Made by a program: the position numbers and the translations under genes
Part shown: piece after piece, positions 52,526 to 64,000 of the stretch
How the letters are laid out: every line of letters begins with the position of its first letter
Numbering within the stretch: position 1 is the first letter of the stretch
Notes under the pieces: model-generated
Database searches by the model: none
What the model saw: the letters and a program-made list of their open reading frames with translations, nothing else
What the model was told of the DNA's origin: nothing
DNA from: Basidiobolus meristosporus CBS 931.73
Lineage: Eukaryota > Fungi > Basidiobolomycota
DNA length: 64,000 nt
NCBI GenBank assembly: GCA_002104905.1
Contig: MCFE01000258.1
Coordinates: 1 to 64,000 of the forward strand
Direction: 5' to 3'

Positions 52526-55500
52526 TGTGGTGGTGTAGAGGTACTCCTGGGAGAAGCACACAACTCAAGGTGTGTGAGGTGTCTGATGGGTGCAATAACC
52601 TCTGTGTCTAAACTGCTGGTGTCTTTGTCAATATGCCACTATGGTAAAAGCTCCTGCTTCTCTAGCTTCCTAGGTGCTCCAAGTGTCTCCAAAGGACACT
52701 GTGTGTCTTGTGCACTACCCTGAAAAGCTCCTTGATGGCAGGTCTGAGATGTACAGTTGAAGGCAGGTGCAGTGATCAACTGCTGACCAATAAGGTAGAA
52801 GTGTTACTGATAGAAGGGATGATTTATTGATGAGGGATGGCTTTCCCTTAAATACATTTCCTGATTGCCAAGTGATTACTAATGACAAGGTTCTAGAAGA
52901 TTCTAGGTATCAGTGGAATTCTTGATGACATCACTATGAGCTAAAAATATGCAAGAATGTCCTGGAAGGTTCTAAAAGGCACAGCACTCTCAACCAATCA
53001 GGAATCAGTAGTCTGAAACCTGTGCAACATAGAAATACCATATATGGTATTGAAATGGTAGGGATGGTAACGCAGACCTAGGTCATGTGTCATGGGTACT
53101 GATGCGGGTACTTGCCTTATATAGATACATCTACTGATCACAAAGCTGAATAACATCTGGGATAACTAATACTAATAACTAATCAGGGTAAACATCATAT
53201 GGGGATAATACTGATAATATGGGCAAAAGAAGAATGGGATAATACTGATAAGATAAAATATGGATAAGTATATCATAATGACTATATGAATAAACTTGTC
53301 TGTGGGAGGTATGTTTACCCTACCACATCCACCCCCCACTTGAGCTAAAAAGTTCCCTGAAACTTTTTTAGCTAAACACTGTAGGTTTGGAGAACAAAGT
53401 GCTCTCTCAGTCATCCTCAATGAAGCCACCTGTCTTTTCTTGGGATAGAAATCTACATGATGTCATTGATTGGATATTGTTTGAGTCCACACCACAGAAG
53501 GTTGCTGTTAGTCCTGGGCTCTCTGAGTATATAGTATACCATGCTGAACCATCTGGGTAGTTCACTGCAGTTGCTCTTGCTTTCACCTCCCATGGTCTTC
53601 CAAGAAGTAATTCAAAGTTAGCCTTTGCACAAATGAATACTGGGATCTCATGGGGTATTCCTTCAATGATGAGAGGGAAGCTGTGAATAATTCCTAAAAG
53701 CTTTGATTGCCCTGAGTTGGCATCCTTCATACTCCAATTGATATTGGTGTCTATGGGCAATAGGTCTTTGCATGGTAGTTGTTTCCAAGCCTCCAAAGGC
53801 ATCACACATATCTCAGATCCACTGTCTATATGACATAGGATTTCTTGATTATGCACAGTTCCTGTAGTTGTTGCAGTTGCCACTGAGTAGTAGTGTTTCT
53901 GGCTTTGATGCAGCTTACTGGTATCTTGGCTTCCCTGAACTGTCCTGACCTGGTTGCCTTGAGTTGCTTCAATTGGGTGCTTTCTTATTCTGATGTGCTC
54001 ATCCAGAGTCTTTCTTACAGATGGTGATACACTGAGTAGCTCTCCAACCTTGATTGATATGTTGCTTCCTAGTATATGACTTGTCAGAGCCTCTGGGGTA
54101 CCATTTTGCTTGACTCTAGGCTGCATGTGGTAGTTGTTGGCCTTGGCAGACTCTTGTAAAATTAATTGGGGTGATGCTTTCTTCGCAATCACAACCTCTG
54201 GCTCACATCTTGGTACTTTTGTTGGTGGGCCTGGATTAGCCATTTTTTCAGAATGGTGTCTCTTTGAAGCATAAATTGAAGCTATATGATCTTGAGCCTC
54301 TCTGGGGTCCTCATAGTCAAAGTTCAGAACTGCGGCTGGATCAAAGTAGTCAGGATCTTCTTCTTCATGGGGGTGCACCTTTCTTGTATGAGAAGTGACT
54401 TGCTTGTAATGAACTCTCATTCCTCCTTGTCCAAATGCTGTGGATAATTTGTCACCATGGTTGCTGACTATGTATCCCTGAGGACTATATAGGACATCAC
54501 CTGGGGATAGTAATGACTGAAGCTCTTGGCAATTTCTCTTGGAATGGTTGGCAGAGTCACACTACATGCATGTATATTTGACTTCTTTCTTTACTGGCTT
54601 CTGCCCATATGCTTTGCTGGTGAGTAGCAAAGAGAGTTTCTCTAGTTGCAGTGTCAGCTCCTGAATTTGAGTGCTTTGATTGCTGGGATTAAGTATGTCT
54701 TGGCTATCTTGGTCTTGTTCTGGGCTTGAAAGAAGCTTTCTGATTGGTGAGGTTTCTTCAGGGGCAAGTAGAATCTGCTTAGCTAACTGAAATGCAGGCA
54801 GTGAACTCATAGCTTTCACAGCAGGATTGTTTTCAATCCTTCTCGCCAGGCCTTCTGGTAGTGCTCTGAGCAGATAGGCAGATAAAGTCAGATCAGTGAT
54901 AATGCCTTGGGCTTTCAGTGACTCTCCAATTTGCTCAAGGCCACTCAAGTATTCTTTCAATGGTAGCAGCTTAAACTTGCTATAAGCAAAGTTCTCCAAG
55001 TCTTGAAGTGTGTAGTCAACTTGTCTCTCTCCATATTCATCAATCAAGTAGCTTTTCAAGAGGGTCCAATTTGTCAGCAGATCATTTCTTTCATATAATG
55101 AGAGCATGATCTCATCAGTGCTGTAGGGGGGCATCTCTTCAGCCATAATGGCCTCAGGTATATTGTGGGCTCTGCAGACAAGCTTCCACCTCTTGATGAA
55201 ATCTTTAACTTTGGTTCCATCAAAGAAAGGGGTTCCTTGCATTCCTGGTAAAGGTAGATCCATGGTCTTGATAATTTGTTCTTTCTTAAGTCTTCTAGGG
55301 GCAGTTCAGTCAAACCCCCCACGTTGGGTGCCAAATATGTGGTGGTGTAGAGGTACTCCTAGGAGAAGCAACACAACTCAAGGTGTGTGAGGTGTCTGAT
55401 GGGGGCGATAACCTCTGTGTCTAAACTGCTGGTGTCTTTGTCAATATGCCACTATGGTAAAAGCTCCTGCTTCTCTAGCTTCCTAGGTGCTCCAAGTGTC

Positions 55501-56140
55501 TCCAAAGAACACTGTGTGTCTTGTGCACTACCCTGAAAAGCTCCTTGATGGCAGGTCTGAGATGTATAGTTGAAGGCAGGTGCAGTGATCAACTGCTAAT
55601 CAATAAGGTAGAAGTGTTACTGATAGAAGGGATGATTTATTGATGAGGGATGGCTTTCCCTTAAATACATTTCCTGATTGCCAAGTGATTACTAATGACA
55701 AGGTTCTAGAAGATTCTAGGTATCAGTGGAATTCTTGATGACATCACTATGAGCTAAAAATATGCAAGAATGTCCTGGAAGGTTCTAAAAGGCACAGCAC
55801 TCTCAACCAATCAGGAATCAGTAGTCTGAAACCTGTGCAACATAGAAATACCATATATGGTATTGAAATGGTAGGGATGGTAACACAGACCTAGGTCATG
55901 TGTCATGGGTACTGACACGGGTACTTGCCTTATATAGATACATCTACCAACCACAAAGCTGAATAACATCTGGGATAACTAATGCTAATAACTAATCAGG
56001 GTAAACATCATATGGGGATAATACTGATAATATGGGCAAAAGAAGAATGGGATAATACTGATAAGATAAAATATGGATAAGTATATCATAATGACTATAT
56101 GAATAAACTTGTCTGTGGGAGGTATGTTTACCCTACCACA
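52526..56140 (-). mobile_element. Second Gag-protease-only family C element (3615 bp)
   Basis: LTRs 52526-53327 and 55338-56140 (about 12 differences by eye); TSD CCGC / CCGT; PBS and PPT as in the first copy. Confidence 0.95.
53407..55263 (-). pseudogene. Gag-protease ORF (618 codons) with one premature stop at ~54562 (TGG>TAG)
   Basis: ORFs 54562-55263 and 53407-54420 are in the same frame and highly similar to 19598-21455. Confidence 0.9.
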
Positions 56141-59093
56141 CCGTTGGTTTTTATCCATGGAACCCTAGTTCTTCTGCCTTTGATAGTTTCTACTATTCTT
56201 GAGATACTTTCTTAGCATACCAATGCTGGCCCAGAATCTGCTTGCCCATTTGAATCCAGGATAATGCTCATGGAGCAAGTCAAGTGCATTCTACATGGCC
56301 TTGAGTTCCTGATGGTCCCATGGTATGCTGGCCCTAAGGTGATGGCATGCTAGACTTCCAATTGCCTCTTGAATCCCTATGAAAAATAATTTGGTCCCAC
56401 CGGTTGATCCAATCCAGATCAGCTGTCAGAATCCCATTGAGAGACCATCATAATACCAGCAGCTTGGAATTAGTGACCCTCCTAACAATCTTATGATGGG
56501 ATCATGACGGTGTTTTGCTAGTTATACAACCAAATAAAGGGATGAAACTTAACAATGTTTATTAGTGCTGTGACAATATTTGCATGGTATTGTTGCGGTC
56601 TTTTAGTGCTCTATAACTATTTTAAGTGGATCCAGTTGGCCAGGACATCCAATTGCCTTATATGGCAAGAAACTTGATGGTATTTTGACAGCCTCACAGC
56701 AAGACTCTGATGGCATTAAGTTGGCAGTATGACGGCCTACTGCTGGCTCAGTATAATGCTACCATACCTATTTACCAAATGGTATTTCCTTTTTCTACTT
56801 CCCCTTGTGCAACTCATATATTCCACTGTAAAGTCACCCCTCTTTATTTGCTTACTCACTACTACCTTGGGTATTCCACATATAGTTCAAATCCAAAAAC
56901 TATGACCTGCTTGCTGACCTTTACAAATGCGCACACCTGCCACAGTTGACATACTTCTATCACCTTAACTTTACGGCTTTTTGGTGTGATACTTGCAAAG
57001 TTGCCATATACCTTATACTGCTGGTACATATACATCTTGCAAACATATCCTTGGTTATTGCCGCTTCTGCCATGAATACCTCCTGAATATCCACAAAGAG
57101 CTTCTTAGTATTTAGCCAATATATTCCTTCTCTCTGCTGGATTCTAGTCCCCCTTATAGGTGTGCTTGGTTTTTTGTTTGTGTAAATTCCATATTGAATG
57201 GTGTAGAAGTTGGCTTGTGATTACAAGAAATCTGGCATACCTTAGTAGAGTTTTCCTAATAAAAATTAGTTGCTTGTTGCACCCAACCCAACTTTGAATT
57301 ACTTAACTGATTACCCATGCATTGGGGCTGCTTAGATTCTTAATACCATAGACGTAGGTGTCTCCATGTGCACATCTGTCCTCTGTATTTTCCAACTCTT
57401 CCTGGCTATTTTTGATGTGCCAACTCATCACATCCATGACAGACTTCAAGGTAAAATTCTTGATGAGATAGGAGTATGGTAGTTTCTGCAACTTGGCTTG
57501 TCTTCCTATCTCCCCACACATATGCCCCATAGGAAACTCCCAAAAGGTGAAGCAAGGCCTAATATTCTCCACACACTGTGCAAGCTGGATTAGAGAATGG
57601 ATACAGTAGCGGCAGAGATCTACATGTTCAGCTTTATGTTTGTAGTATAGCCGCTCAAATCCTGTCACAATCTCCTCACACAACAGCTGTAGATGCATCA
57701 AGTTGGCATTGGTGATCCGCATCTTGATAAGTATTCCTAAAATGTCCATACATGACTCCCAATGCTTCCAATGTACTCTTGGTGGGAATTGCTTCAAAAC
57801 ACCACTTGAAAAAATACATATCCAGTTCATCCAGTCTTTGCATTTGTATTGTTGCATATGTGTATGAATATAAATCAGAGCTCATGAGAAGTACTCAGGG
57901 TAGCAGATACTCTATAATATCTTACCAGCTCTTTCAAATTTCTCCGGTATCTCAACGGGCTCAAATAGCTTGAAATGCCCCATATACAACTTGGTCACTG
58001 GTATAGGGATATTGGTGAAAAGCAAATGCTTTGCTCCCAGTGAAAAGCTTTTGCTCCAAAAGATACTCTTGGTCTTAAGTATCTCTGGTTTCTAATTGAT
58101 TCCATATTCTAGCCAATGACTTATAGCTTCCCAACTTTGCTGCAATTGCATGCTGACTTCTGTACATTCTCTCTGTGGAAAGATGATGTTCTTAGTGCCA
58201 ATGTTTTGGTAATAATAATGTGTGTGAGTTATGGAGTAAATCCCTTGGATCTCATACATTTGACAGCAATACTCTCCATTGTGCCTGGAAAAACCTGCTA
58301 TCTTGCAGATGGCTGTGGTATCTCCAATGCAGATAATAATATGTGCTTTTACATGACAGCCATTAACTGTTATCCCACTGGAAAGCATACAATATACATC
58401 CAGCAATTGATACAGGTAGCTATCCAGGTTGGACAGTGATTCAGGAACAGCTACCAGTGAGACTACCATCAGATTATTGCTCTGGTACCATTAGATGGGC
58501 AGCAGATTCAGCTTGATGAGAATCAGTGGCCAGCAGGATTTGCTTGTAGAGTACTAGTTCAAAGAGGATCCATCAAGTGCTAAAGCAAAGGCATGGTCAT
58601 ACATACCTTCAAAGTAGCCCTTGCTTCTTAGCTGTTTGTGATATTTGTCATCAAATATACCTGATATGCTTGTGCTTGATTGATACTAAGTGTGGTACTG
58701 CATAGCTTTACAGAATTTGTTGGACTGAATCAGCTTCCTTAGACAGGATATGACCGGAATATATTCAGAGTGTGAACAATGTTTTCCCTCAATGGTCGTG
58801 GATTCCTGACAACTTGGACATGTTGCAATGGTAGCATTTTTGGATGTGAATGTCATGCAACTGTTAACACATGCTGGAATCAGGACAGTCTCTGTATCAT
58901 ATGTTGCCCGCCACATGACGGTTGTCCACTTGTACCATGTACATGGTAAGTTGCATTGCAGTATAACTTTGGCAAGAAGTAGTAATAAATCTTCCAAGCC
59001 CCCATTACTGATATCAATGGAAACATGCCACTCCTCTAGCCACAACATTACATCATTCACCAGTATATTGATTACTGGGCTCACTTGGCTCAC

Positions 59094-61306
59094 ATACAGC
59101 AGTGGCAACTGATTCTGCTCAAAAATCATAGGATAATTTTTGATCATGGATCATAGATCTTGCCATATCAATTATTGATTGGTTAGCTTGTTCTGCTACT
59201 CCATTTTGCTGTGGGGAGTATGGTACAGTAGTCTCTTGCTTTATCCCATGAATTTTGCAGAAGTGGATGAAGAGTTTTGAGGTATATTCTCCACCATTGT
59301 CAGAGCATATTTTCTTGATTTTTTCACCAGTTTCTCTCTCCACCATGGCTTTAAACTCCCTGAACTTAGACAGAGCTTCTTCCTTTCTCTCCATGAAGTA
59401 GACCCATGTGTATCTTGTATAATCATCAATAAAAGTGATTAAATACTTCATCCCGCCTAAGGATAAATTTTGCATAGGTCCACACAGATCTGAGTGAATT
59501 AGATCTAATTTTTTCTTAGTTTTGATTAACCCAGAGCTCTTGAACAGTTGTCTGGCTTGTTTCCCATATATGCAGGCTTCACAGTGCTCCAAATTAGCTG
59601 GGGGATCAATTTTCACTCCAGAAATTAGCTGATCTTTGATCATTTTACGCAAATAATCAAAATTGATGTGTCCAAATCTCCTGTGCCAAAGCATTGGTGT
59701 TTTTTCATTTAAGTTACTTATATTGGCTTCCTGATATGATGGAATATAAGTCAACTTGTATAGATTCTGATCTCTGATGCCCAAAGCAATATGAGCACCA
59801 TTTTGATCAGTGATCCTGCATCCAGAATTGTCAAAACTGAAACTGATCCTTCTGCTGTGGCCTTGCTTACAGAGAGTAGGTTCTTGGCTATTTCTGGTAC
59901 ATAGAGTACTTCTCTAAAGGTCAGTGTATGGCTTCCTTCACTGCTTCTTAGGTTTACTTGGATAGTTCCTTCTCCCACTGCATCAAGTGTTCTATTGTCA
60001 CCCATGAAAACCTTCTTAATTGGGATTTCTTGATATTGGGCAAAAAGTTCTTTTTGGTGTGTAAAGTGTTGAGAAGCTCCAGAGTCAATATACCACGTCT
60101 GAGAATCCTTGTTTGTGGTCATATTTAGTGCAGATATGAATAGTCTATCTTCAGTTGTTGCAGCATTTCCATATTCAGGCTTCTTTTGCTGATAATCTCT
60201 CTTTTTGAAACACCGGTCTGATGTGTGTCCTTTCCTTTTGCAGTAGTTGCAAAATAGGTTGCTGTTGCCTTTGTAGGGTCTTGGGTACCTCCTTTGTTGG
60301 TTATCATTGCTTATTAAAGCATTTTCTTCTTCCTTCTTATTGGCGCTTGATTTTCTTAATTCTTCATCCAGGAGCCTTCCATATATGTAATTTAAGGTCA
60401 AATCTTCAGTTCTGGACTCTAGGGCTGATACAAGGCCCTGAAACTTGTCTGTCAGGCTATTCAGGATGGTAACTATCACATCCTCATCAGTAGTTGGTAT
60501 GCCCACAGATTCCATCTCATCTACCAGCAGGGTAATTCTGTTAATTAGATTTTTCATTTCTTCTCCTGGCAGCATCTTTGTAGTAAAGAATTTTCTTCTC
60601 AGATATATTTTCTTGGCAGCTGAACATGACTGGTAGGTGTCTTCTAATGCCTTCCAGGCACTCTTTGCCGTTTTTGCTCTTGAGCATTGAATTAGCAATT
60701 TGTCCTTGACATTAAGGCAAATGCAGTTAAAGGTACTTTGTTCTTTCTTCTGGTACCTTAAGGCTTCCTCTCCCACGTTTTTAGGAGGGCATTCTTCTCC
60801 CATGACAATATCCCAAAGGCCTCTTTCTTGTAGCAGCATCTTCATCTTCACCTTCCACACTTGGTAGTTAGAGCCATCCAACTTTTCAGCAGAGGGGAAA
60901 ATTCCAGTAATAGCAGTAGTAGACATTGCAGAGAGTGACAGCTTGGGGCTCATAACCTGTTGTAAGAGTCTTGGAGATATTGGAAGTGATTGGGAGAACA
61001 AGTAGATTATGTGGTTTTCACTTAATGATTTATTGAATGTAAAAGTAGTATTTATACTTTTACCTGGTCTTGGCATTACAAACACGTAGAATAGGTTAAG
61101 GAAGGTCCCAAGAACATGTGTGCAAAGTTTGGGGCTGTTTGGACAACTTTGAGAATTTTCATGTTCTGGGTACCTGACATTTTGGTGAAAATATTCTGAG
61201 TAAATCCCAACAAGGAATTTGGTCAGTATTCTCTAGGATTTGAAGGTGATGATCTAAGTGACTAAGTTAGGTGAATATTTAGGTGGAAATACAAATTTTT
61301 ACAACA
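59094..61306 (-). mobile_element. Copia family E 5' part: LTR 60958-61306, PBS 60946-60957, gag-PR-IN
   Basis: Long open frame (gag from ~60953: EKLDGSNYQVWK..., CNYCKRKGHTSDRC, WYIDSGASQH); IN ORF 59119-59784 (HSDLCGP, CSDNGGEY, PQQNGVAE); frameshift near 59770. Confidence 0.93.
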
Positions 61307-62087
61307 GTTTCTTGGCATATGCTGAACACCCAAATATTCTTAGATGTTCTGCACTTGGTCTGTATCCATACCATGCTTCAAGTGGAGTAGAATCACTAAG
61401 TATTCTGTTATAACTCCTTTTTTTAAGGAATACAGCTGTGGCAACTGATTCCGCCCAAGAATCATAGAATAATTTTTGATCATGGATCACAGATCTTGCC
61501 ACATCAATTATTGATCTGTAAGCATGTTCTGCTACTCCATTTTGCTGTGGGGAGTATGGTACAGTAGTCTCTTGCTTTATCCCATGAATTTTGCAGAAGT
61601 GGATGAAGAGTTTTGAGGTATATTCTCCACCATTGTCAGAGCATATTTTCTTGATTTTTTCACCAGTTTCTCTCTCCACCATGGCTTTAAACTCCCTGAA
61701 CTTAGACAGAGCTTCTTCCTTTCTCTCCATGAAGTAAACCCTTTTGTATCTTGAATAATCATCAATAAAAGTGATTAAATACTTCATCCTGCCTAAGGAT
61801 AAACTTTGCATAGGTCCACACAGATCTGAGTGAATTAGATCTAATTTTTTCTTTGTTTTGATTAGCCCAGAGCTCTTGAACATTTGTCTGGCTTGTTACC
61901 CATATATGCAGGCTTCATAGTGCTCCAAATTAGCTGGAAGAGCAATTTTCACTCCAGAAATTAGCTGATCTTTGATCATTTTGCGCAAATAATAAAAATT
62001 GCTGTGCCCAAATCCCCTATGCTAAAGCATTGATGTTTCTTCATTGAAGTTTCTTATATTGGCTTCCAAATATGATGGAATATAAGT
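61307..62087 (-). pseudogene. Copia family E integrase of another copy, interrupted by the element to its left
   Basis: ORF 61299-61883, about 90% similar to 59119-59784. Confidence 0.88.
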
Positions 62088-62289
62088 CCAAGACTCTTAC
62101 AACATTGACAGCAACTTTGAGAAAGATGATAATCTGGGAACCTGATAGTTTGCTTTAATATTCTAAGTAAATCCCAACAAGAAATTTGCTCAGGACAAAA
62201 TGCTGATCAAAGAATAAGATCTCATGACTAAGCAAGCAGGAGTATTTTGGTGACAACTTAGCAATTACAATACTGTATATGCTGGTACA

Positions 62290-62650
62290 ACTGGAAACTG
62301 AGTTACAATTGAAGATTGAAAGGAAATAAACCAATTTGTATGCATGAAAAGTAATAGAGTTATTTAAGTCAGGAAGTAAGGAGTGTAAAAAAGAGGCAAT
62401 AGACAACCAATGTACACAAATGTAGGAGGTGATTGAGTGTCCAAAATCAGAAAGTGACAGAATTAGCAGAGAGCCAATCCAAAGTCACTTACACATCATT
62501 ATGACAAAAAACTTGACTAAGTTGTTTGTGAAATCTGAGGTCCAGTGTTTTCTTAACAGTCTTTGCACAGTGTCCTCACAGCACTAGTACCTCTTAGTTA
62601 TGGGATTTAAATTTTGTGAAGGCCTTTTGATGGGATCATCACAATTCTTT
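62290..62650 (+). repeat. Fragment homologous (inverted) to 51100-51490, the end region of the CACTA-like element
   Basis: Shared gtcaggaagtaa.gagtgtaaaaaa...tcagaaagtga...tttgtgaaatctg...ggccttttga. Confidence 0.65.
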
Positions 62651-62689
62651 TCATAGGGAGGGTAATTGTGTTGATTAGAATTTTGTTTT

Positions 62690-63437
62690 CTTCTCCTGGC
62701 AGCATCTTGGTAGTAAGAAATTTTCTTCACAGATACATTTTCTTAGTGCTGAACATGACTGGTAGGTGTCTTTTAATGCTTTCCAGGCATTCTTTGTGGC
62801 TTTTGCTCTTGAGTATTGAATTAGCAATGTGTCTTTGACTTTAACACAAATGCAGTTAAAGGCACTTTGTTCTTTCTTATGGTACTTTAAGGCTTCCTCT
62901 TCCACGTTTTTAGGAGGGCATTCTTCTCCTGTAACAATATCCCAAAGGCCTCTTTCCTGCAGCAGTATCTTCCTCTTCACCTTCCAGACTTGGTAGTTAG
63001 AACCATCCAACTTTTCAGCAGAGGAAAAAATTCCAGTAATAGCAGTAGTAGACATTGCAGAGAGTGACAGCTTGGGGCTCATAACCTGCTGTAAGAGTCA
63101 TGGAGAAATTGGAAGTGATTGGGAAAACAATTAGATAATGTGGTTTTTTCACTCAATGATTTTTTGAATGCAAAAGTAGTATATATATTTTTACATAGCC
63201 TTGGCATAGCAAGCATATAGAGTAAGTCTAGGAAGGTCCCAGGAATATGTGTGCAAAGTTTGAGGCTGTTTGGACAACTTATCAAATTTTCATGTTCTGG
63301 GTACCTGATGTTTTGGTGGAAATATTCTAAGTAAATCCCGACAAGGAATTTGGTCAGTATTCTCTAAGATTTGTAGGTAATGATTTAAGTGACCAAGTTA
63401 GGTGAATATTTAGGTGGAATTCCAAATTTTTATCACA
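62690..63437 (-). mobile_element. Copia family E 5' fragment: LTR 63087-63437, PBS, truncated gag
   Basis: ORF 62675-63082 is near-identical to the gag N-terminus at 60560-60953. Confidence 0.9.
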
Positions 63438-63599
63438 GAGCCAAGTACAAAAATATTTGATATCGTTTTATCAGGGAAGCTACAAAGGATAATGTACATA
63501 TTTACAAAACCATTGGTTAGGGACAAAAACAAGCATCTAAGATCATAAGTAGGTTTAGTGATAATGAATATTTGGTTGAGTGGAAGTGTTGGATATTTT

Positions 63600-64000
63600 G
63601 TATTTGCACTTGGTTATTCCAGTGACTTGGTCACCCAGATCCTAGCTTACGTAATTTACTATATCCGGCCCAGATTCTCTATTGGGATTCACTTGAAATA
63701 TCTTCACCACAATCTCAGGGACCCAGAACAAGCAAATTGTTGCAAGCGATACTTGGAGATATCTGAATATGATTTCCAATGAAAATCGCGATCAGTTCAT
63801 CCCATGGAAGATAGCCTCCACCCCTCGATGATATGGGCGAAGTGCGCTTTAGCTTGTTGGATTCTGCTTGAGTACGGTATATTGCAGGGGCTCTATGGGG
63901 ATTGTTGTCCCAAATCCACTTACGCCATGCCACACTACGACGATCCGCCTTATGAGAATCGCTGGGGTGGCCGGAGCGTGGTTTTCTACCAGTAGACGGT
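63600..64000. other. CpG-rich, non-repeat-like sequence (probable edge of the methylated TE block)
   Basis: About 17 CpG in ~350 bp versus about 5 in the first 1500 bp; no product recognised. Confidence 0.6.

Larger units (their letters stand above)
51088..59093 (-). mobile_element. CACTA/EnSpm-like element fragment (transposase 56400-59093, second ORF 51493-52525 + 56141-56340) inside a Copia integrase
   Basis: CVNSC..F......CPSC; DSYLYQLLD...IGDTTAICKIAG...HNGEYCC; HSLIQLAQCVENIRP..TFWEFPMGHMCG. Left end starts CAC; flanked by ATA(CA) direct repeats; no matching right TIR. Confidence 0.75.

Noticed and set aside
60954-61085. N-terminal extension of the 444-aa Copia ORF
   Set aside because: It derives from LTR sequence upstream of the PBS via a non-ATG start.
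62088-62104. 17-bp tip of a family E LTR in inverted orientation
   Set aside because: A real match, but most simply a deletion or rearrangement scar among many E fragments.
63715-64000. Possible Tc1/mariner HTH similarity (GRKPRSGHP…DRR)
   Set aside because: Too short and weak to support a call without the adjacent sequence.
1-64000. Naming the organism
   Set aside because: TE content and CpG depletion suggest a large, methylated fungal-type genome, but no marker gene is present.

Overview
This window is eukaryotic and fungal-like. It is almost entirely a deeply nested graveyard of transposable elements, with roughly ten-fold CpG depletion until about 63.6 kb, where CpG-rich sequence begins. 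No intact host gene is recognisable. Main contents: (i) two Copia families with half-tRNA-Met PBS (GGTTATGAGCCC), family A (about 368-bp LTR; one full-length decayed copy at 4582-9260, TSD GTCTT) and family E (about 345-bp LTR, many fragments); (ii) a Ty3/gypsy family B (370-bp LTR) whose 3' LTR is split by a solo LTR and by a 10.7-kb PHIS/Harbinger-like DNA transposon (14638-25375, TIR AGACTTGTTC, TSD AAT) with an intact 294-aa DDE_Tnp_4 transposase, plus three related MITEs; (iii) two related gypsy families with tRNA-Lys-type PBS, C (804-bp LTR, encoding only Gag-protease, one copy with apparently identical LTRs) and D (1071-bp LTR); (iv) CACTA/EnSpm transposase relics. The most striking observations are: every readable C/D insertion has a 4-bp TSD centred on CpG (GCGC, CCGG, ACGT, ACGT, CCGC/T) despite the CpG scarcity; a hairpin just before the PPT of the Gag-PR element has its loop inverted between the two copies; an OPT/YSL transporter fragment is fused behind a PHIS transposase start; and a roughly 410-codon unknown reading frame continues in frame after a gypsy integrase. 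All analysis was by eye, without database searches.
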